This document shows positions 1 through 11,560 of a stretch of DNA of 64,000 bases, in pieces. A program made the translations under genes and the position numbers. The stretch spans positions 247,293 through 311,292 of the forward strand of contig NIVC01001186.1 of NCBI GenBank assembly GCA_002269645.1, written 5' to 3'. The notes under the pieces were generated by a model, which saw only the letters and a list, made by a program, of their open reading frames with translations, was not told the DNA's origin and did not search any database. The stretch's first letter is position 1, and every line of letters begins with the position of its first letter. The stretch is from Macrostomum lignano. Lineage: Eukaryota.

Positions 1-549
1 GGAGCATTGTTTTATTTTAAAACTGAATGAAAAAAATTAAATCAGTTTTTCTACAAATCGTTTGATTTTATACTCATAAAATTCTATACTTGCCTACTGC
101 TAGTAGAGTAGGTTAAGGGAGTTTTTCATTCATTATTAAATTATTTAAAATAAAAAAATTAACTAAACAAGCCAGGCCTTGCTTTGATTTAAAAAAAAAA
201 CAACGCGCACTCAATCAATGGAAATTATACTACTGATTAACTACAAAAGATAAGTAGTTAAGTAAATATATAAAAATAAATGGCAAAAATGTTTGTTTTA
301 ATTGAAAAGATGAAAAAAGCATCGAAGAGAGCAAAAACACGATTAAGCAGCATGATTATAAAATACAGTTCAAACGCTTAAATAGTGCTATACAAATAAG
401 TGCCTAATCATGTAAATACACTAATAAAAAGTCGAAATTATACTTTTTTAGTAACTATAGTTTTTTAACGACGCGTTAATAAAAACCAGCAGCTGCAGTT
501 TTTGTTCGTTTGAAAATAATTATTAATAAAAATAACAAGAGCTACACGC

Positions 550-1229
550 CTACATGGCATGGTAGGGATATGATGGCGGATGCTGGGCAGGATGGTAGGG
601 CTGCTGCAGATAGTCAGGATATTGCTGAGCATAGTCCGGCGGAGCACTAGCAGATGATGCTGAAGCCATCATCACTTGACGTTGCGACATCAGGTGCTGA
701 TGCTGGTAGTGCTGGTACTGCTGCTGCTGATAGTAAACTGGCGGCTGCTGCTGATGCTGAGGGTACATCTGCGGGTACTGCTGCTGCTGGTAGGGTGGCC
801 CGCCGGCAGCTGAGGATGTGGCAGCGGCTGCGGCTGCCGAAGCCGCTGCGGCGGCGGCCGCTGCTGCCGCAGGCTGCGCTGTCGCAGCTGATGAAGCCGT
901 CGGAGCGGCAGCAGAAGCAGCAGCAGAAGCGGTGGCATTGGTACCACTACTACTACTAGTAGGCATGTACTGGATTGTGTTCGCACTGCGTGCGGAGATC
1001 TGCACACCGGCAGTTGATGTCGGATGCTGCGGGGGCGGCGGCTGCTGATGCTGATGATGATGATAATGATGATGAGGCGGCGGCTGAGGAGGCTGAGTTG
1101 ACTGCTGTTGCACCTGCATATGAGCCTGTGCGCCCATACCGTTAACTGTTTGATAATTCATTTGCTGGACATTCACTTGGGCATTAACGAATGTGTTGTT
1201 AACCACCATTGGCGGCTGCTGCTGAGGTG

Positions 1230-1260
<31 letters not shown>

Positions 1261-1668
1261 CTGTTGCTGCTGCGGAGGCTGGTGCACCACAGGCGGCTGG
1301 GCCATGCTGATAGACTGGAACGGACCGCCGCCCATTGGTACATCTTTGCTCAGCTTGGCTAGGCTGGCTAAGCTAGCCGAAGTGATGTTGCCTAAAGTGG
1401 AAGATCGAGACGAACAGTTTGTAGTCTGGTGCTGCTGCTGCTGCTGCGGGGGCGGCGGGTTCGGGTGATCGAAGGGCGGCATGGACTCGGCAGGCAGTTT
1501 GCAGGGCTCAGACACCACAGATGGCGGCTGCGGTGGCGGCTGCTCAACTGACTGCGGAGGCTGCTGTGGCACCTGCGGCTCCTTTTTGCGTCGCTTTGTC
1601 GTCTTGACAGCTGGCGGCGCTGCCGGAGGCGGAGGCGGCGGCGGGACGGGAGGAGGAAGCTGGGCAGC

Positions 1669-1699
<31 letters not shown>

Positions 1700-2980
1700 G
1701 GTGGTGGTGGCGGAGGGTTGTACATCATCATCATCGGCTCAGCATCATATTGAGCAGGTTGATGACCAGGCGGAGCCAGCATCCTCTGCTGATGGTGCTG
1801 ATACGGCTGGTGATAGCCTGGGTACATCTGCTGTGCATTGCTACCGCTGTTATTAGTCATATTATTATTATTACTATTGTTATTATAGGGCCGTTTAGCT
1901 GCCGCTGGCTGTTGCTTGTTGCTACCGGAAGAAGAGTTTGCTGTCGCGGCGGCTGCAGCGGCTGCAGCGGCTGCTGCTGCTGCTGCTGAATTAGGATGCT
2001 GCATCTGATGAGGCTGAGGATGCTGATGATGAGGCGGTGGCGGCATCATAGCCGTGGGCGGCGGCTGCATGAACTGCGGCTGCTGATGCTGCTGATAAGT
2101 GGCAGCTAAATAAGGATTATCCATATAGTGCTGCCTGACCATGTCTTTCCACTGCTGCTGGGCCCTGGCCTGGTCTGCGCTGTGAGGCGGCGGCAGCCCA
2201 GCCGCTGCCACCGCTGCCGCTGCCGCTGCGGCCGCCGCTCCAGACTGGACAGCAGAGGACACCGCTGAATGAGGGGGCGGCGGTGGCGGCTGTTCAACAG
2301 CAGCGGCAGCGGCTGACAGGCCAACAGACTGGCCAATCTGTTTGATTCGTTGAATTTTCTCTTCCCGCTTGCGCAACTGTTCAGGCGTAACTGCCGGCGC
2401 CTGCTGCTGCGACGTCATTCGTTCAACGCAGGCCTGATGCCATTTGTCCGGCTTTAAACTTGGCGAGCTCAGGCACTGGCGGGCGCAATCGTTGGCCATG
2501 TGACTGGTGAAGACTCGAACTGCGGGCGCGCCGCTGGGGTTGGGGTAGTACAGCTGCGGGCTCGACTGGTGATGCTGAGGATGAAGCGCCTGACAGGTGG
2601 CTGGCTGATGAGGATACGATGGCCGAGTATTCGAAGCCGGAGCGAACTGCGGAAAATCAGTGAATTAGCGAGCCATTGATTTTTCTGGAATGCGCTTATC
2701 TTACTACTCTTTCTTTGCTTCAGTAGCTAATCAAGCGTTCTCTGCGCTCATACAAGGTGTACAATCCCCTTTCTTAGAAACAGTGATAATGACTCACGCA
2801 ATCGCTGGGGCCGAACTGCTGCGACAGATCTGGTAAGTCCGAACGCGAACCCGGATAACAGCTGACAGATTGTTGCGAATAATAATCGGGATATTGTTGA
2901 TGATGAAGAGTCTGGTGATGCTGCTGATAGGGAAGCTGCTGCTGATGATAGTGCTGATTGTACATCGGCGACATTGGGTG
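550..2980 (-). CDS. BCL9: BCL9/Legless-like Wnt co-activator region (exons 2980-2798 and 2646-550), probably spliced in frame to the upstream DDT-WHIM exons (about 1241 aa in total)
   Basis: Extending the ORF upstream of 2499 gives VRVFTSHMANDCARQCLSSPSLKPDKWHQ (cf. HD1 VYVFSTEMANKAAEAVLKGQVETIVSFH) and VTPEQLRKREEKIQRIKQIGQ (cf. HD2 LSQEQLEHRERSLQTLRDIQR; Legless LTPQQRQHREEQLAKIKKMNQ). TSASLASLAK, VNNTFVNAQVNVQQMN and ANTIQYMP match motifs recalled from protostome BCL9 C-termini. Acceptor ttttccgcag lies at 2647; the stop is at 550. Confidence 0.8.
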
Positions 2981-3059
2981 CTGGAAAATAAATGATTAGG
3001 ATTACTAGCGTGTAGTTCTTACTTAAAAATTTCACTAAAATGATCATCAGTCTGACTTG

Positions 3060-3505
3060 CGCAAATCTTACCCTAGATTTCGAATCGATTTGAAATTTTA
3101 AATCTTTTTGAAAATCTCACCCTAGATTTTGAATATTTTGAAAATATCACACCAGATTTGGAATCTTTCTGAAAATCTCACCCTAGATTTTGAATGCACG
3201 CAAAAAATCTCAACCTAGATTTTGAAGGCGCGCAAAAATCTCACCCTAGACTTTGAATGCACGCAAAAAATCTCACCCTAGATTTTGAATGCACGCAAAA
3301 AATCTCACCCTAGACTTTGAATGCACGCAAAAAATCTCACTCTAGATTTTGAATGCACGCAAAAAATCTCACCCTACATTTTGAATGCACACAAAAAATA
3401 TCACCCTAGATTTTGAATGCACACAAAAAATCTCACCTTAGATTTTGAATGCACACAAAAAATCTCACCCTAGATTTTGAATGAACGCAAAAAATCTCAC
3501 CCTAG
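3060..3505. repeat. ~32-bp intronic minisatellite (aaaaaatctcaccctagattttgaatgcacgc) whose unit contains the exon-3 donor site
   Basis: About 13 visible units; the last unit overlaps the real donor AGG|GTGAGA at 3501/3500. Confidence 0.9.
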
Positions 3506-6308
3506 CATCGCGCATCAGTGCCTGCTGCTGTTGCACCTGAGCAGCTGCACAGCCGCCAACAGAAGCTGGCGCAGACATTGAAGCCGTTGCAGGCGGAGCA
3601 GAAGACGCCGACAAAGAATTCTGTTGCTGCTGATAAGATCCCGCAGAAGCGGATACAGGAGTTGACGGAGCAGCTGCGGCAGCAACAGAAGTATTGACAG
3701 ACGAAGCTAAAGATGCTGCAGGAGTAATCGAAGTCGGCGTGTGCGGAGTTGAACCACCGGGCTGATAGCCGACGCTTCTTGGGCCGCCGATCTGCGCGCC
3801 GCCGCTGTTGAAATTATTCTGCGCTGGCGGGCAGCTGTGCGGCTGCTGCGGCTGTTGATAATGATGATGCTGCTGCTGCAACTCGTGATGCTGCAGCTGA
3901 GGCGGATTCTGCTGCTCGTCCTCGAGGCCAGCGGCGGCGGCAGCTTCGGCGGCGGCGGCTTCAGCCTCGGCTTCCTCCTCAGGTGGCACGGGCTCGTTGC
4001 GGGCTTTGCGAAGTTCCCGACAGTGCAGCCGCTCCATGCGCTGCAGGCAGTCGGGCAGGAGCTCCTCGTTGCCGAGCATGTGGCTGCCCTGGCGCAGGTC
4101 GGGGACCACGACGTCTAGGAGGAAGCCCTGTAAGCAGTGGATTGGAGGCAGTACTTTGAGGAGCATTAGATTGCTTCGGGGCCATTCTCAGGGGGAATTA
4201 GGAGGCTTTTCTTAGGGCAATTAAGAGCCTATTCTCAGGGGAATCCAGAGCCTATTCTCAGGGGAATTCAGAGCCTATTCTCAGGGGAATTCAGAAGCTA
4301 TTTTTAGGGCAATTCAGAAGCTATTCTCAGGGCAATTAAGAGCCTATTCTCAGTGGAATTCATAAGCTATTCTCAGGGCAATTCAGAGCCTTTTCTCAGG
4401 GGAATTAAGAGCCTTTTCTCAGGGGAATTAAGAGCCTTTTCTCAGGGGAATTAAGAGCCTATTCGCAGTGGAATTGAGAGCGTATTCTCAGGGAAATTAA
4501 GAGGCTATTCTCAGGGGAGTTAAGAGGCTATTCTCAGAGGAGATAAGAGGCTATTCTCAGAGGAGATAAGAGGCTATTCTCAGGGGAGTTAAGAGGCTAT
4601 TCTCAGAGGAGATAAGAGGCTATTCTCAGAGGAGATAAGAGGCTATTCTCAGGGGAGTTAAGAGGCTATTCTCAGAGGAGATAAGAGGCTATTCTCAGAG
4701 GAGTTAAGAGGCTATTCTCAGAGGAGATAAGAGGCTATTCTCAGAGGAGATAAGAGGCTATTCTCAGGGGAATTCAGAGGCTATTCTCAGGGGAATTAAG
4801 AGGCTATTCCCAGAGGAATTCAGAGCCTCCTTCAGTCAGCATCCAACCAACCTGCAGGAAACCGCCCAGATCGCGCTCGTTCTCATTCTTGGAGGCCAGC
4901 ATATCGTTGGTGAACTTTTCCCAATCCTCAGCGCAGGGTCCGACAACCATCTCGTAGGCCTGCTGAGACGCCGGTGGGCTGGCGCCGCCGCCGCAGCCAC
5001 TGCCGACGCTTCCGACGCTGCAGGGGCCGCCACTGGAGCCGCCTCCGCCTCCGCCGATGCTGTCATCTAAGTCGAATCTCTGCCGATACAATCGGTGATC
5101 GTCCAAATAGAAGTGGCGCCGATTTCTGCGATCGGCGCCGCAATTGATAGCGCCGCAATCGTCCTGCTGTTGAGAGTCGTAGCGCATCTCCATTTCCCAG
5201 TTAGGGATCAGGTCGTCGTTTAAATAATCAATCACCTTTTTCAATAGGCGGGTTTTCGACTCAAAGCCCAGATCGTCCAGTTTACTAGCTGATAGCTGCT
5301 TGGCAATTTGCGGTCGCTTTTCCTAGAAATGATGCGGCAGAGGAAGGCTTTGAATTCGATGTTGGAAATGTTGTGCAGGAATTAAATAATGACACTATAT
5401 TCCTAGAAAGGGCACTATAACCCATAGAAATGGCACTTATAGTCCTAGAAATGCCAACTATACTAACAGAAATGGCACTATACTCTTAGAAATGGCACTA
5501 TACTCCTAGAAATGGCAGTATACTCCTAGAAATGGCAGTATACTCCTAGAAATGCCACTATATCCCTAGGAATAGCACTATACTCCTTTAAATGGCACCA
5601 TATTCTATATTCCTAGAAATGGCACTATACTCCTAGAAATGGCAGTATACTCCTAGAAATGGCACTATATCTCTAGAAATGGCACTATATCCCTAGGAAT
5701 GGCATTATATACCTAGGAATGGCACTATATCCCTAGAAATGGCACTATATCAATAGAAATGGCACTATATCAATAGAAATGGCACTATACTCCTAGAAAT
5801 GGCACTATATCCCTAGAAATGGCACTTTACTCCTAGAAATGGCACTTATACTAATAGAATAACTTTACTTCTAAAAATGGCGTTGTAAAACTAAAACATT
5901 TAAATTTTCAGGAAAAATAAGCAGGTAAATAATGATCAAAGTATCCAGCTAGACACTCACCTGAAAGTACAACGCCAGCTGCTGCTCAGCATTCTGCATT
6001 GTCACATTTGGATCTCCGCCTCGCATGACTCGCAATATCCTGGCCAGAATGTCTCTCAGCACGCCAGCATCCGGGTTGTCCAGCACCCGCTCCAAATCCG
6101 TGAGCCGGATTCTTGGAAATCGAAACCGTTTCTTATGGAAGGCTAAGAAATACAATATAGTAGGCAGCTGCCAGTCTTCTAGGCGACGATTTCTCTGGCC
6201 GAAACCGTTCTCGGATAAATTGGCCGACATGTTGGACATTGGACCATTGGACATTGGGCCGTTGGACATTGGCCCATTGGATAATGGCCCGCCATTGGAC
6301 TGATCCAT
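3501..6308 (-). CDS. N-terminal exons (6308-5961, 5322-4852, 4127-3501) encoding a DDT + WHIM1/2/3 module of CECR2/RSF1 type (ISWI accessory subunit family), followed by a Q/P/A-rich linker
   Basis: The spliced translation EDWQLPTILYFLAFHKKRFRFPRIRLTDLERVL...SKTRLLKKVIDYLNDD...GADRRNRRHFYLDDHRLY...AEDWEKFTNDMLASKNENERDLGGFLQGFLLDVV resembles the recalled CECR2 N-terminus (SWWEVPAIAHFCSLFRTAFRLPDFEIEELEAAL...TRVEILHRLCDYRLD...LGEDNSGALYWYFYGTRMY...EEEWRQVTESFRERTSLRERQLYKLL). All junctions are GT-AG and phase 0. No bromodomain is seen. Confidence 0.75.
4175..4830. repeat. 23-bp intronic minisatellite (gaggctattctcagaggagataa and variants)
   Basis: Tandem units read directly in the sequence. 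Confidence 0.9.
5390..5875. repeat. ~20-bp intronic minisatellite (aaatggcactatactcctag)
   Basis: Tandem units read directly in the sequence. Confidence 0.9.
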
Positions 6309-6497
6309 CACTGTAGGATGGCTGCTGACTGCCCGTTTGCGACTCTCTGGAGTAGTAATGATTTCATTAGCCGGGTGAGTTTGTGTTTTGTTGTGTTTTT
6401 AATCCAATATCAGTCTACTACCAGTAATATTATTAGGACTTGTGCATACTGAGAATTCAAGTTTATGTTATTTATGCGATAGTTGTAACTTAAAAGC

Positions 6498-7247
<750 letters not shown>

Positions 7248-8024
7248 ACTTTTGCCTATTTATAGTAGTTATCATTTATCAGTGAACTAGAAGAACTATA
7301 CTAGCTTGTAAGTTTAAGCTTCAATTCAGAATAACTTGGAAGTGTTATTGCAGCAAGGCTAAATGAAAGATAAATGTACACAAGGGAAAATACATTATCA
7401 TATTATATAAATGCACTGCTACTGGAAGCAGGAAAAAGCTGCCAAACACACGATTATTATTATAACTGTGTCAGACCGGCTGCCATCCTCTCGAACACAC
7501 ATGCACCCATCAGATGTCGGAAAACAAACCGTTGGCCGAAAAAACCCTTCCCCAAGTTTCTATCTTAGTAGACGTAGCTAAAAGCTGAAAAAAATATAGA
7601 AATCTCTGTAAAGGAAAAGCGCATTAATATACTCAGCTAGGGAGGGCAACAGACCCCAATGCAAGAAAGTGGAGATGCACGCCACTTCTAGAAGTAAATT
7701 TCGGCATTCCAAAAAAAGAATTTGCTATTGGGCTGGTGTTGGTGCAGCGGTAGAACGTATGCATATATATTGTATATATTGCTAATGCTATGTGCGCGCA
7801 TCAGCTGCAAATCTTTCACTACATACTCGTACAAACTTTGGTGCGCGTCTCTCTAGGGCCAAATAGGAAAGCCAGGGATGCAGCGGGAAAAGGGCTGGAA
7901 GCCTGAAGTATTTTAACTTATTGGGCATTCGCACACAAGTGCTGCCTATGCACCTAGCATCGCTAGACATTGCTGGCATTTAACATTGAATTCTCTCATT
8001 TTAACTGCGCTGGTATTCTATGCC

Positions 8025-8760
8025 GCTTCTCTTGCCTTTTTCTGCCTTTTCTAGCCTTTCTCTGCCGCGTTTATCTAGCCTTTCTCTGCCGTTTCTCTTG
8101 CCTTTCTCTGCCGCGTTTATCTAGCCTTTCTCTGCCGTTTCTCTTGCCTTTCTCTGCCGCGTTTCTCTTGCCTTTCTCTGCCGCGTTTCTCTAGCCTTTC
8201 TCTGCCGTTTCTCTTGCCTTTCTCTGCCGCGTTTATCTAGCCTTTCTCTGCCGTTTCTCTTGCCTTTCTCTGCCGCGTTTATCTAGCCTTTCTCTGCCGT
8301 TTCTCTTGCCTTTCTCTGCCGCGTTTCTCTTGCCTTTCTCTGCCGCGTTTCTCTTGCCTTTTTCTGCCTTTTCTAGCCTTTCTCTGCCGCTTTTCTCTTG
8401 CCTTTCTCTGCCGCGTTTATCTAGCCTTTCTCTGCCGTTTCTCTTGCCTTTCTCTGCCGCGTTTCTCTTGCCTTTCTCTGCCGCGTTTATCTAGCCTTTC
8501 TCTGCCGTTTCTCTTGCCTTTCTCTGCCGCGTTTCTCTTGCCTTTCTCTGCCGCGTTTCTCTTGCCTTTTTCTGCCTTTTCTAGCCTTTCTCTGCCGCGT
8601 TTCTCTTGCCTTTCTCTGCCGCGTTTCTCTTGCCTTTCTCTGCCGCGTTTCTCTTGCCTTTCTCTGCCGCGTTTCTCTTGCCTTTCTTTGCCGTTTCTCT
8701 TGCCTTTCTCTGCCGTTTCTCTTGCCTTTCTCTGCCTTTTCTCTGCCCTCTCTCTACGGT
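8025..8760. repeat. 22-24-bp pyrimidine-rich minisatellite (ctctgccgcgtttctcttgccttt)
   Basis: Tandem units; these explain the spurious ORFs at 7970-8956. Confidence 0.9.
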
Positions 8761-10964
8761 CTCTTCCCTTTCTCTTCTGTTTCTCTTTCATTTCTCTTCC
8801 GTTTCTCTTCCCTTTCTGTTCCCTTTACTCAGCCGGTTCTGTTTTCTATCATTTCTGCTCATCCTTCTTATTAATAACCTCATCTCATTTTACAAGCTCA
8901 AAACCTTGTTAAACAGAAAAATTTTTACACCAAAAATGCAACGAATTTCCACATGAATAGAGCTATTGTGCTGTAGTGCTGCAGCACAGAACAACTGGAC
9001 AGTAAAAAACATTCCACTTTAGTTTTGTTAACCAAAATTAAGCATTAAAGCTTGCCTAACCCACTAAACTAAGCAATGAACACAGTTGGTATTTTGCGAG
9101 AGCGACAGATACAGAAGTAGGAGTGACGTATTTGACTGAGAATGGAATTAAGACGAGAGAGAGAGAGAGAGAGAGATACTGGGACAGACGATATACATAT
9201 TTCAAGTGTACAGCTTTTTTTCTTCAAAGAATGAGCTAGTTAAGTGGTAAAGCAACGAATTTTATTAGTGGTTAGGAAAGAAAATGCTTCACTGTGTATT
9301 TTCTGATTGGCATGGTGTCAGGAGAGATGGCAAGAAAAATTCAACTTGTATAACACTCATAACACACACGCTCCCACCGTGTACGGAGGCTTTGTTGACT
9401 TTCTAATTTTCAGGCATGTGCACTCCCTGTGCCTTGGGGGTTGGTCATCCCCCATATATAAACACCATTAGCCACTAGCCTATGTTTCTAATCTCTATCC
9501 CTCTCCGCATTATTAATACAACCGGAGTGAAGCCCTCCTTCATCTCTCTCCCACAGACCAGGCCGAGTCTTGTGTGTTCCACTTCTCTCCCCCAGCTTCT
9601 CTATGTCGAATCCCAACACCATCCTAACCCTTTACAGTCCACACGCACACAACTGCACACACACAGCCAGACCTGTGCCCTCCCCGCTCTTCTCTCTCGC
9701 TCTCTAGCAAGATACGCTTAACTCTTTCTTTCTGTCTAACCATAGCTAATTCCCAGAAATCTCCCCGAGCTCTCCAAGCCGTTCAAAGCCTTTTTTCTTG
9801 CCCTTACCCACCGCCGACTCAGCCAGAGGCCAATGAAGCTTGCTACCGTCTCTCTTCTCTCGCTCCTCTCCATTCATTTTTTGCGTATCCAATCCACTGC
9901 TCTCTCGCTTTTGCCCTCGTCCCCCTTACTTTCCCCAGCCATCTTTTTACATTCTAACCAAGAAAAAAACAATAAACCAAAAAATTAATATACCGCCTAA
10001 TAATGTACCTATTAGTCAAAACTTCACAAATCGAATAGTTTCTGACCGTCTCTGTATCGCTCCCTCAATTGCAGGTAAACAAAACTCCCAAATGTCACTG
10101 GGGCCCGGGGCACAGTGCTCCCCAAACTCCCAATCTCAATGCTAACCCTGGATACAGGCATCCAGGCATAAATAACGGGGGACGAAAAAACCACTCGGCT
10201 CACAACGCAAGGGAAGGAAGGATCCGCAGACATGACGCTTGTGGAGTAAATGGAGGATAGAGATTCTGTCAAGCCTGAAAGAAGAAGAGAGAATATAAGT
10301 TAAGCCATCCAACACTCACCCAGTCATCAGTTTCTGTTCCTCTCCTTTCAAAGCCTCTCTTTCTCTCCCCCAACCCGATCTGCCCAAAAGCAACCCCAGC
10401 GCGAAAAATCCCCAAACCCTAAACCACCCCTTATATGCTAATAGATTCAAAAGGCATCTACTTCCATTTCTCCTCTCGTCCCACAGACCGTCTCTCCCAC
10501 TCTCTTTTTACCAATAATACCCGCGCACACATACACACGACCGACTACATTTACGCTGCAAAACTAAAGGACCAAGAGAAAGAGTGAATAAGAGATGGAG
10601 AGAGAGTGAGGTGGGTGCAGTTTGGGAAATACAGGGAAGCCGGCTTTTAGGGTTGCACTGACTTGAGGAATGAAGAGATGCTGCAAAGAAATTACTTGCC
10701 CAATAATTGCACGGACGATCGGATAGGCTGGCTGACTACCAAATCCCAAATCCCAAGGCAAAATCATCACCCTTGCTATAATCTTCTAGGCTGGATTCCT
10801 TTTTGTCTTGCCCTAAAAAACTTTCCCTATACCCTTTAAAAATAGCCCTTTCAAATATTGCTAATGCGTACAATTTGTTGCAATGGTTGGTTTAGTTAAA
10901 GGTTTCCGCACCAGGAACCATTAGACTGAAAAGGGTTCAAGGTTGTAAATGTTGCGATTTACAA

Positions 10965-11560
10965 CACACGGGCGCTACTATGCTCCGAAAATGGGCGCCA
11001 TTTACAACATAGTAGGCACTACTAAATGCTCCAAAAATGGGCGCCATTTACAACATAGTAGGCGCTACTAAATGCTCCAAAAATGGGCGCCATTTACAAC
11101 ATAGTAGGCGCTACTAAATGCTCCAAAAATGGGCGCCATTTACAACATAGTAGGCGCTACTATGTTCTGAAAATGGGCGCTATTTACAACATAGTAGGCG
11201 CTACTATGTTCTGAAAAGGGGCGCCATTTACAACATAGGGGGCGCTACTATTTTCTGAAAATGGGCGCCATTTACAACATAGGGGGCGCTACTATTTTCT
11301 GAAAATGGGCGCCATTTACAACATAGGGGGCGCTACTATGTTTTGAAAATAGGCGCCATTTACAACATAGGGGGTGCTACTATGTTCTGAAAATGGGCGC
11401 CATTTACAACATAGGGGGCGCTACTATGTTTTGAAAATAGGCGCCATTTACAACATAGGGGGTGCTACTATGTTCTGAAAATGGGCGCCATTTACAATAT
11501 ACGAGTAGGAGGGGTGCTACTATGCTCTGAAAAAGGGGCCATTTTGAAAATACAGGGCGC
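10965..11560. repeat. 44-46-bp minisatellite (gggcgccatttacaacatagtaggcgctactatgttctgaaaat)
   Basis: About 12 units; several contain the inverted repeat catagtag-gcg-ctactatg. Confidence 0.9.

Noticed and set aside
654-2336. Short overlapping polyA/polyL ORFs around the BCL9 exon
   Set aside because: They are shadow frames of a GC-rich low-complexity coding exon.
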